From contig CAZHIM010000003.1 in the NCBI GenBank assembly GCA_964532525.1, positions 4,819 to 68,818 of the forward strand: a DNA stretch of 64,000 bases, in the 5' to 3' direction. The notes under the pieces were generated by a model. It searched no databases. It saw only the letters and a program-made list of their open reading frames with translations, and was not told the origin of the DNA. Position 1 is the first letter of the stretch. Each line of letters starts with the position of its first letter. Positions 1 through 9,000 of this stretch are shown one piece after another. Source of the DNA: an uncultured Bifidobacteriaceae bacterium (GTDB taxonomy: Bacteria; Verrucomicrobiota; Verrucomicrobiia; Limisphaerales; UBA11358). A program made the translations under genes and the position numbers.

Positions 1-970
1 CCATCTGCCCGCCATACACCGCCACCAGCCGCGCGAGATTGCTCGGATGCCCCACATTCATGGCGTTGGACAGCGAATTGCGCGAGGGCGAAATCTTCCG
101 ATACTCGCCGGTGGCCAGGAATTTCGGGAACGCGTCGTTGTCGTTCACCGGCGCGATGAGCTTGCGCACCGGCAACCCCATCTGCCGCGCCACCACCGAG
201 CCCATCATGTCGCCAAAATTCCCGCTCGGGATCGAGAAGACGATCGGCTCGCCCGGTTGCGCCACGCGGGATGCCGCGTAGAAATAATACACGCTCTGCG
301 GCAGGAGCCGGCCGATGTTGATGGAGTTGGCCGACGACAGCGGAATGTGCCGCAGCGCCGGGTCGGCGAACGCCTGCTTCACCATCGCCTGGCAGTCGTC
401 GAACTTGCCGTCAATCGCCACCGTGCGGATGTTGTCGCGCAGCGTCGTCATGAGCTTGCGCTGGCTGTCGCTGATTTCCAAAACCGGAAACAGCACGATC
501 ACGCGCACGCCCGGAATTTTGTGGAACGCATGCGCCACGGCCGAGCCGGTGTCGCCGCTGGTGGCCGTGAGAATCGTCACGCGCCGGCCGTCTTCGCGCA
601 GGAACCGCCCGACCAGCCGCGCCATCATCTGCGCCGCAAAATCCTTGAACGACGCCGTGGGCCCCTGGTCCAGCCGCATCAGGTGCACGCGGTCATAAAT
701 CTTTTCCAGCGGGATGCTGAAACGGTATGCGTCCCGGCACATGTCGGCGAGGTCGGCGTCCGGCACGATGTCCGCGGTGAACTTCGAGAGCACGCGGAAG
801 GCCACTTCATGATACGGCAGCCCGGCGAGGGCGGCGATTTCGGCCGGCGTCAGGCGGGGGAAGGTTTCCGGAAAATACAAGCCCCGGTCCGGCGCCTGGC
901 CCCGCAGGAGTGCTTCCCGCAGGCTGACGGCGGGCGACTGGCGGTTCGTGCTGTGAAATAGCAGTGGCAT
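1..970 (-). CDS. thrC: Threonine synthase; start codon inside the window, 3' end runs off the window start
   Basis: Absent from the ORF track because it is open at the window edge. Reverse-complement translation from ATG at 970-968 reads MPLLFHSTNRQSPAVSLREALLRGQAPDRGLYFPE... and contains the PLP-lysine motif GPTASFKDFA and TATSGDTGSA. It lies directly downstream of hom on the same strand. Confidence 0.85.
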   Translation of the reverse strand, partial: MPLLFHSTNRQSPAVSLREALLRGQAPDRGLYFPETFPRLTPAEIAALAGLPYHEVAFRVLSKFTADIVPDADLADMCRDAYRFSIPLEKIYDRVHLMRLDQGPTASFKDFAAQMMARLVGRFLREDGRRVTILTATSGDTGSAVAHAFHKIPGVRVIVLFPVLEISDSQRKLMTTLRDNIRTVAIDGKFDDCQAMVKQAFADPALRHIPLSSANSINIGRLLPQSVYYFYAASRVAQPGEPIVFSIPSGNFGDMMGSVVARQMGLPVRKLIAPVNDNDAFPKFLATGEYRKISPSRNSLSNAMNVGHPSNLARLVAVYGGQM

Positions 971-1026
971 GACCATTTGAAATCAACGCAATCCTTCCCC
1001 TCGCGGCAAGATAATTTCCTTTGGCG

Positions 1027-2343
1027 CTATTTCAGGTTTTCCACCCGGAACATCACGGGCTTGGCCTTCACGATGGGCAGTTGGGCGATCTTGGCCAGCG
1101 CCTTGCGCATCGCCGCGTTGGGCGCCTCGTGGATCATCAGGATCAGCGGCACGCTCTCGCCCTCGTGGCCCTCGGGCTGGATGACCGACGCGATGCCGAT
1201 CTTGGCCGCCGCAAAAATCGTGGAAATTTTCGCCAGCACGCCCGGTTGGTCCACCACGCTGAAGCGCAGGTAATATTGGGAAGTGACTTCGTCCAGCGGC
1301 GCCACGCGCGCTTTCTTGGCGTGCGCCACAAACGGCGGCACGCGCACCTTGGTGCCGTTTTTCAAGTCCAGCGCGGCATCGGCCACGTCGCTCAAAACGG
1401 CGCTGGCCGTGGCGTCCTTGCCCGCCCCGCGCCCGTAGAACAGTGTGTCGCCCACCACGTCGCCCCGCACAAACACCGCGTTGTACACGTCGTTCACGTT
1501 CGCCAGCACGTGGCCGCTCGGAATCAGCGCCGGATACACCGATACCTGGATGGCCGGCGGCTGGCCGCCCGCCGGCGTCCGCTGCTTCACGATGCCCAGC
1601 AGCTTGATCGTGTAGCCCAGCTTGGCCGCAAATTCCATGTCTATCTTGGACACTTCCCGGATGCCCTCGGTGTGGATCTGCTCGTGCTCCACCCAGAAAC
1701 CGTGCGCGAGCGAGGCCAGGATGCCCGTCTTGTGCTGCGCGTCAAAACCGTCAATGTCCAGGTCCGGCGGCGTCTCGGCGTACCCCTGCTTCTGCGCGTC
1801 GGCCAGCACCGCCGCAAAGTCCGCCCCCTCCGCTTTCATGCGCGACAAAATATAGTTGCAGGTGCCGTTGACGATGCCGTAGATGGCGGGAAACTGGTTC
1901 GCCACGAAGCCCTCGCGCAGCGACTTGATGATGGGAATTCCGCCGCACACGCTCGCCTCGTAATAAAGATTCGCGCCGCTTTTCGCCGCCGCGGCAAACA
2001 GTTCCGGCCCGTGCGCCGAAAGCAGCGCCTTGTTCGCGGTCACCACCGTCTTTCCCGCCGCCAGCGCCGCCAGGATCATCGTCTTGGCGATGCCGCAGCC
2101 GCCCACCAGCTCGATGACGATCTGGATCTCCGGATCGTTCACGACTTCGTGCCAGTCGGTGGTCAGCAGCTCGCGGACGATGGGATACGGACGCGGCTCG
2201 TCGAAGGCCTTCACCGAGACCTTGCGAAAATTGATTTTGACGCCCAGGCGCGCGGCCAGGAGATCGCCATTTTTCTGCCACGCGTGGAACACGCCGCTGC
2301 CCACGGTGCCGCCGCCAATCATGCCGAGATTCACTTGCTGCAT
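1027..2343 (-). CDS. hom: Homoserine dehydrogenase
   Basis: ORF 1027..2517(-). Start trimmed to the internal ATG at 2343, giving MQQVNLGMIGGGTVGSG (Rossmann GxGxxG). Also GCGIAKTMILAALAAGKTVVTANKALL, EASVCGGIPII and a C-terminal ACT-like region. Confidence 0.9.
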   Translation of the reverse strand: MQQVNLGMIGGGTVGSGVFHAWQKNGDLLAARLGVKINFRKVSVKAFDEPRPYPIVRELLTTDWHEVVNDPEIQIVIELVGGCGIAKTMILAALAAGKTVVTANKALLSAHGPELFAAAAKSGANLYYEASVCGGIPIIKSLREGFVANQFPAIYGIVNGTCNYILSRMKAEGADFAAVLADAQKQGYAETPPDLDIDGFDAQHKTGILASLAHGFWVEHEQIHTEGIREVSKIDMEFAAKLGYTIKLLGIVKQRTPAGGQPPAIQVSVYPALIPSGHVLANVNDVYNAVFVRGDVVGDTLFYGRGAGKDATASAVLSDVADAALDLKNGTKVRVPPFVAHAKKARVAPLDEVTSQYYLRFSVVDQPGVLAKISTIFAAAKIGIASVIQPEGHEGESVPLILMIHEAPNAAMRKALAKIAQLPIVKAKPVMFRVENLK

Positions 2344-2564
2344 AGGAACGCAAAGTCTGCCGGGAAACGGGGCAGGGGACAATGCTATTTTGGATTTGCC
2401 TGCGAAAGCAGACGCATCGAGCCGCCGGCGTTCTTCGACCTTGTTAAGGGATAAAGGGAATTGTCGCGGAGCAACATTGGATATTAGCCAGCTACGAGGT
2501 GGCTGGTCTTGCGCCAAACGAATTCATGCGTCTTGAAGGGACGCCGGACTTCCCCGTCCCGTCA

Positions 2565-3797
2565 CTAGGGTTTCGCCACACTTTTGTCGGCCCGCAACAC
2601 CAGCCCTGCGCCCAACAGAAACAGCGCCGCGCTATAACTAAACGCCGCCGTCGTGCCAAAGGCCGTCCACAGCACGCCCACCACACAGCTCGAAAGAAAA
2701 TCGCCCATGCCGTTGACCGTCGCCAGCACGCCGAACGCCGTGCCGTGCTGTTCTTCGCCCACCAATTCGGCGCAAAACGAATCCTCCAGCGTGTCGGTGA
2801 TGGCCACAAAGACGCCCGCGAGCATGAACACCAGGCCGAGCGTCCACGGGTTCAGCGGCGCCAAGATGATGACCAAAGCCATCGCCGCCGCCAAGGCGTA
2901 GCCGGAGGCCAGCACGAATTTCTTGGCGAAACGGTCCGCCAGCCAGCCCGCCATGGGCGCGCAGGCCGCATTGAAAACATTTCGCAACAGATAAAATCCC
3001 ACGGCGAAGCTCGCCGCCCGGGCCGGGCCGAAGGCGGGCGTCAATTTTTGGGTGGCGAGCAGAATCAACAGGGTGGGCGCAAAGTCTCCCGCGCCAAAAA
3101 ATCCAACCCCCAGCAGGAATCGCCGGTACGGCGCCGGCAACGCGCGCAGCCGCTCCGCGAAGGAAATGTGGGCCACGCGCCGGCGTTCCTGCTCCTTGAC
3201 GAAAAAGGTGATGACCGCTGCGGCAAGCAGGCCGGGAACCAGCGTGGCCAGAAACACGCGGCGGTAATCGTGCGCGAAAAGTGCCAGCAGCAGCAGCGCC
3301 GTTGCCGGGCCCGCGATGGCGCCCAGCGTGTCCATCATCCGCTCAAAACCGAAGGCGCGTCCGTAGGTTTCCGGGGTCACCGCGGCCGCGAGCAGCGCCT
3401 TGCGCACCGGCGTGCGCACGCCGCGCCCCAGCCAGGCCAGCGAGCGTGACAGCAGGATTTGCCACGCCGCCGTGGCCAGCCCAAACGACGCCGTGCCCAG
3501 CGCGGTGACCAGATAACCGGCGATGGCGATGGGTTTGCGCCGGCGCAGCTTGTCGGTGTAAAACCCGGACGCCAGCTTGGCAAAGCTGGACAACCCGTCA
3601 GCCGTGCCCTCGATGAGCCCCAGCCACGCCGCCGGGGCGCCCAGGCTGGCCAGAAACGCCGGCAACACCGTCGTGGCCGCTTCATGCGCCCAGTCGCTGA
3701 ACAGCGACGCCAACCCCACGCCCACCACCGTGCGGTTGAGCCAGGGGAATTTCTTCCCGCCCGGGCCGGTGGTGTCGGATGCCGTCACGGGGATCAA
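2565..3797 (-). CDS. MFS-type transporter, 410 aa, substrate unknown
   Basis: ORF 2565..3797(-). About 12 hydrophobic segments; N-terminal half carries the MFS-like loop GFYTDKLRRRKPIAIAG. Confidence 0.7.
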   Translation of the reverse strand: MIPVTASDTTGPGGKKFPWLNRTVVGVGLASLFSDWAHEAATTVLPAFLASLGAPAAWLGLIEGTADGLSSFAKLASGFYTDKLRRRKPIAIAGYLVTALGTASFGLATAAWQILLSRSLAWLGRGVRTPVRKALLAAAVTPETYGRAFGFERMMDTLGAIAGPATALLLLALFAHDYRRVFLATLVPGLLAAAVITFFVKEQERRRVAHISFAERLRALPAPYRRFLLGVGFFGAGDFAPTLLILLATQKLTPAFGPARAASFAVGFYLLRNVFNAACAPMAGWLADRFAKKFVLASGYALAAAMALVIILAPLNPWTLGLVFMLAGVFVAITDTLEDSFCAELVGEEQHGTAFGVLATVNGMGDFLSSCVVGVLWTAFGTTAAFSYSAALFLLGAGLVLRADKSVAKP

Positions 3798-4222
3798 GCC
3801 GTCAGCGCGGCCGCCACCGAATTTGCGATGTCCTGCAACGCGTTGATTTCCGTCGCCGAATATTCATATTCCCGCGCGGTGCCGATGCCAAACGTGCCCA
3901 CGATTTTGCCGCCGCTGCGAATCGGCACGCACACCGCCCCGCCCACGCCGGTTTGTTTCGCGCCCGGCCGGGCCACCCCGCTGGTGTCGGTCTGCAGGTT
4001 GCAGATCGTCACCGGCCGGTTCTTGGCCACTGTTTCCCCGGCGATGCCTTTGCCCACGGGAATGGTCGTGATCACGTCAAGCAACTGCGGCGGCAGGCCG
4101 GCCTGCGCCCGGAGATGCAGCAATTGCGCCGGCTCATCGAGCTGGTGGATCGTGCCGGTTTCCGAATGGAATCGGGCCAGGGTGTCGCGCAGGATTTGGT
4201 CAAGCGAAGGGTTCATGGGCAT
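3794..4222 (-). CDS. Stand-alone GAF-domain protein, 142 aa
   Basis: ORF 3794..4222(-). GAF-like core IPVGKGIAGETVAKNRPVTICNLQTD...AVCVPIRSGGKIVGTFGIG. Its stop overlaps the MFS start by 4 nt (ATGA), suggesting co-translation. Confidence 0.6.
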   Translation of the reverse strand: MPMNPSLDQILRDTLARFHSETGTIHQLDEPAQLLHLRAQAGLPPQLLDVITTIPVGKGIAGETVAKNRPVTICNLQTDTSGVARPGAKQTGVGGAVCVPIRSGGKIVGTFGIGTAREYEYSATEINALQDIANSVAAALTA

Positions 4223-4352
4223 TGGAATCTGGACATTGGCAGTGACATTTAAATCTCTTCCCTCGAACTTTAGCGTGCCGGCCGCGCTTTTTCCAGCGGT
4301 ACGTGGTGTGTTAGGTTGGAAAGTGACAAAAAAGGTTTGAACCCCTGGCCAG

Positions 4353-5573
4353 TCAGTGTTTGCTCCGTGCCGTTGGTCTGGAGGTTACAGGGGGACTCTG
4401 CATAAGGGAATTTTGGATATTTGCCCGCATTTGTTTCCGATATTGGCCAGGCGTTTGTTCGTATAATCGTTTGAATACCACACTCATATATTCCGGATGT
4501 TCAAAACCGGAAAGTTCGGAAATCCGTTCCAAAGTAAAATTAGTGTCGGTGAGCAATTGTTTGACGCGACTGCCCTGGACCCGGCGAATTTCCGCCTGCG
4601 GCGAACGTTTTAGGTGCTGGCGGAATCTCCGTTCGAGATAGCTGCGCGAGGCCCGGACGAACTGGACGACGTCAGTAACCGAGCAGCCATGAAGGGCCTG
4701 CTCGTTGATGAATCTGATCGCGGCAGCCACCGTTCGATCCTTGATGGCAAGCGTATCCGACGAGCGGCGAGTCACCACGCGAAGCGGTTCAATCAGAATC
4801 CGCTGACGGGGGGCGGATTGCCCCGACATAAGCTGATCCAGCAATTCCGCCGCCTGATAGCCGATGCGTTCTGCATCAGGAGCCACGCTGGATAGCGGCG
4901 GGTTGCACAGTTCGCAGAAGATTTCCTCGTTGTCCACGCCGACGACCGCAACTTCCTCCGGCACAAGGATGCCGGCTTGGTGGCAAGCATCCAGCAGGTG
5001 CAAGGCCCGGGCATCGTTACACGCCATGACACCAATCGGCTTGGGCAGTTCTTTAAGCCATCGCCCGAGGTGTTGTATTTCAAGGTCCCATCGGGACACG
5101 GCCGAACCTCGCCAAGGAGACTCGTAAACCGGAATGAGCGGGTTTTCTTTCTCAACGACCGCCCGGAAACCATCGCGCCGTTGCGCCGCCCACAGCTCAT
5201 TGCTGAATCCACAAAAGGCGAAGTTCCGGAACCCCCGCTCCACAAAATGATTGGCACCAAGACAGCCAATTGCCCGGTGATTCGAGCCCACCCACGGCAA
5301 TTTCAAATCTTCATGAAGATCGTTCAAATCCACGACCGGCACCTTCATGCGCCGAAAGCGACGCGCGAGGGCCGGGTCGGTGGGGCGGCAGAGAATTCCA
5401 TCCCAGTGGCTGAAAGGGAGCCAAGTTGGTGGGGCGGTTCCCAGTTCGTGCTGTTCGAAATACACGGACCAGCGGTAATGAGAAGACATGTAGCGGGCAA
5501 TGCCCTGGAGAATACTACGCCCATAGCTAACCGATGATTCAATGATCAACGCGACTTGAGGCGGCCTTTTCAT
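4353..5573 (-). CDS. XylR-like regulator: LacI/periplasmic-binding-type sugar sensor domain fused to a C-terminal AraC-type HTH
   Basis: ORF 4353..5765(-), start trimmed to ATG at 5573 (MKRPPQVALIIESSVSYGRSILQGIARY). C-terminus carries an AraC HTH (LERISELSGFEHPEYMSVVFKRLYEQTPGQYRK). Divergent from the LamG giant at 6026. Confidence 0.7.
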   Translation of the reverse strand: MKRPPQVALIIESSVSYGRSILQGIARYMSSHYRWSVYFEQHELGTAPPTWLPFSHWDGILCRPTDPALARRFRRMKVPVVDLNDLHEDLKLPWVGSNHRAIGCLGANHFVERGFRNFAFCGFSNELWAAQRRDGFRAVVEKENPLIPVYESPWRGSAVSRWDLEIQHLGRWLKELPKPIGVMACNDARALHLLDACHQAGILVPEEVAVVGVDNEEIFCELCNPPLSSVAPDAERIGYQAAELLDQLMSGQSAPRQRILIEPLRVVTRRSSDTLAIKDRTVAAAIRFINEQALHGCSVTDVVQFVRASRSYLERRFRQHLKRSPQAEIRRVQGSRVKQLLTDTNFTLERISELSGFEHPEYMSVVFKRLYEQTPGQYRKQMRANIQNSLMQSPPVTSRPTARSKH

Positions 5574-6025
5574 TGGAAATCTGCTGGCACATTGCTTCGA
5601 GCATACGCTTTCGCCGGCGTGAAACCAGTCTTTAAATAATAATTCGAAAGAATTGAATTTGTCCAACCCGGTGAGGCTCAGTGTATTCGACGCACCCGTA
5701 ATCACAGGGGCAAAGTCCGGTACTGGCGACGAGGGTTCTTCGGTTGATTGTGTAAAGGATCTCAAAAGCGCAGCCGCGAAAGCTCATGGATAAGCGGGGT
5801 TCGATGCATGAGAATGGACGCATGCAACCAGCCGAGTTCACAGGGCAGCCGTTCTGTGGTGTTATTGCCGTGCACGTGTGTGCCCGGTTTCCACGAACTG
5901 GAATACGGAGCCGAGGGTGGGGCGCTGGAAGCTGTCGGCCTCGCGCCAGTCGGGGCGGAGCACATTAATTCAAAACTTACGCAACCTGCATTTACCGTAA
6001 ACCATAACAGAATACCACAAAACCT

Positions 6026-9000
6026 ATGAGTCCTCACAAGAGCACGCCGCCAATTAAAAACGGGATAATTTCGCCACATGGGTTGAGCCAGGCAGCGTCC
6101 AATTATCTGTTTGCCCTGACGCTGCTATTCGCGGGCCTGGCAGGTGTTGTTTCGGCACAGACCCTTCAGCATGAATGGTCATTCAATGAAAGCGGTGGCA
6201 CCACAGCCTCTGATGCGGTTGCCGGCGCCAATATCACGCTTTATGGCAACACGTCGCTGGGAGGTGGAGTTCTGACGCTGCCGGGAAACAGCGGCGACTA
6301 CGCGCAGTTCCCCAATGGAATACTTTCCACCAACAACTCAATTACGATCGAAACGTGGCTGACCGATACGGGGGGAAGAACCTGGGCACGTGCCTGGTCG
6401 TTTGGCGGCAGCACCACCGGGCCGAATAATAACTTTATTCAGAACAACTACATTGATTTGATTCCGACCGCCGGTAATGGCACTTTTTGGACTGAATTTA
6501 ATCAGAACGCCGCCGTAGATGCCGAGGCAAACGCCCCCTTGCCAACCGGGACGGAGGAATACACGGTGATGACCTATGATCTGCCGAGTAAAACCATCAG
6601 GCTTTATCTCAACGGCGTTCAGGTGGCGACCGCGACGGACGTCACCACGCCCGCCAGCTTGGGTTTCACGTATAATAATTATATTGGACTGGACCAGTGG
6701 AACGATGCGCCTTTCGAGGGCAGCATAGATGAAATGCGAATCTGGAGCGCCCCGGTTTCACAACGGTATCTCGCTGCCAGCGCGGTGGCCGGTCCGAGTG
6801 TCGTGATCAACAACCTGACCCCCACTTCGGTCAGCGTCGCGGCCGGTCCCGGCGTGGTTATTAGTGAAATCAAACAAGCCACCGTGACCGTAACGCTGCC
6901 GCAAACCGGGGCAAGTGTTCTGCCGGCAACGAGCGACGCCACCAACTGGGTCAGCGGCAACCCGAACGTTCTCCGGGTGAGCAGCAGCGGTTTGATTACC
7001 GGGGTTGGGGCTGGCACCACCACGGTCAGCGCCACGGTGGGCGGAGTCACCGGCACCAGCAGCAGCATCACGGTCACCCCGCAAGCCCTGCTACATCGTT
7101 ACAGTTTCGCCAGCGATGCCTCGGATTCGGTTGGAGGCCCCGCTTGGAATGGAACACTGGTGGCGCCCAATGGCGGAGCCGCCGCCACCATAGCCGATGG
7201 CCTTATCCTGCCGGGAAATACTGTTGGCGGAAAAGGTTATTCAGGTTATGTATCTCTGCCCAACGGCATACTGACCAACACCACCTCGGTGACGGTTGAA
7301 TGCTGGATGACCCAGAATCAGGGGACCACGTGGGCGGAGGTTTGGGACTTTGGCGTAAATAACAACGTTAACTTCTCCCTGATTCCAACCCCGCCGGGCA
7401 ATAACAACAACGGCAATATGGAAGTGGCCGACAATCCCAATAATAACGATATTTACACCGCGTCGGCGGTGGCATTTCCGAACGGTGCAAGTCCAACGCA
7501 ATACGTTAGCTTTATCTTCAACGATTCCACCCTCACGGGCAATCTCTATACCAACGGAGCCCTGGTTGCCACGCAGGCATATCCCGATCATACTTACACT
7601 CCCGGCAATATTGGGGGCGCCGGCGGCACAACCCAGAATTATTTGGGAAATGACGTGTATGGTGACTGGCAGTTTGACGGCACCATCTACGAGTTTCGGA
7701 TCTGGAATGGCGCGGTTTCACCGTTGTATTTGGCGGCCAGCACGGTGGGCGGTCCTAGTATCGTGGTGACCAACACCACCCCGCAATCGCTTAGCGTCTC
7801 GGTGAACACGAGCATGGTGGGCTCACAAACCCAACAGGCGACGGTCAGTGGTAACTTCTTGCAGGTTTCCGGTGTCCCGCTGACGACTTATGTCACGAAC
7901 TGGGCCAGCAGTGCCGCGAACGTTCTCACGGTGAACAGCAGCGGTTTGATTACGGCGCAATCCGGTGGCAGTGCCAGGGTCAGCGCGACGGTCGCCGGCG
8001 TCACTCAATCAAGTGCGCTCATCAGCGTCTCGGACACTGCGCCAACTATTTTAAATGGACCCGCGAATCAGAGCGCGATTGTGGGTGATAAAGCCACCTT
8101 TAGCGTTCAGGCTCTCGGTGGAAATCTGAGCTATGCTTGGAGTTTTAATGGCACGCCGATTCCGGGCGCGACCAATGCCACGCTCACTTTGCCCAGTGTT
8201 GCTTTTACGGCGGCTGGAACATATAGCGTGGTGGTTTCAAACAATATCTCAACCGCAAACGTCTCCGCGGTGTTGACGGTTAGTTCGCCGATTTTGCAGC
8301 ACGAATGGTCGTTTAATGAAAGCGGCGGCTCCACGGCCTACGATTCGATTGCAGGCTCCAACATCACGCTTTATGGGAGCACGAGCCTCGGGGGCGGGGT
8401 TCTGAATTTGCCGGGAGGCGGTGGCAATTATGCGCAACTGCCCAATGGTATCGTCTCAAGCTACAGCAATTCGATAACCATTGAAACCTGGCTGACGGAT
8501 AATGCGGGCCAGACTTGGGCGCGCGCCTGGTCCTTCGGTGGCGGCACCAACGGTCCCAATAATAATTTTATTCAGAATAATTACATTGACTTGATTCCGA
8601 CCGCAGGAGGTTCAGGTGGCTTGTGGACAGAATTCAAAGAGAACGGCAACGTTCAGGACGTGATTGATGGCGGCAACGTGCCCCTGGCAACGGGTGGGGA
8701 GCAATACATTACCGTAACCTACAATGCCGGCAGTCAAACCTGCATCGTGTATTCCAACGGCGTCCAGGTGGCAGTTGGGACGGGCATCGCCACCACGCCG
8801 GCCAGCTTGGGATTCACGTATAATAATTATATCGGACTCGACCAGTGGAACGATCCAACCTTCAACGGCACCTTTGATGAGATGCGCATTTGGGACGGAG
8901 CTGTTTCACAACTGTATCTCACCGCCAGCACGGTGGCCGGGCCAGGCGTGGTAATTACCAGCCTGACGCCCACGTCGGCCACCCTTACGGCGGGTCCGGG

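Noticed and set aside
47-961. 304-aa plus-strand ORF covering the left edge
   Set aside because: The translation is Arg/His/Gly/Ala-rich with no recognisable domain. It lies antisense to a clear threonine synthase reading frame on the minus strand, so it is a typical high-GC shadow ORF.
1021-2454. 477-aa plus-strand ORF
   Set aside because: Antisense shadow of homoserine dehydrogenase. Composition is low-complexity and Arg-rich, with no motifs.
5785-5805. GGGGTTCGATGC, reminiscent of a tRNA T-loop
   Set aside because: The flanking sequence cannot form a T-stem (no complementary 5-bp arms), and no acceptor or anticodon arms are evident. It is not a tRNA.
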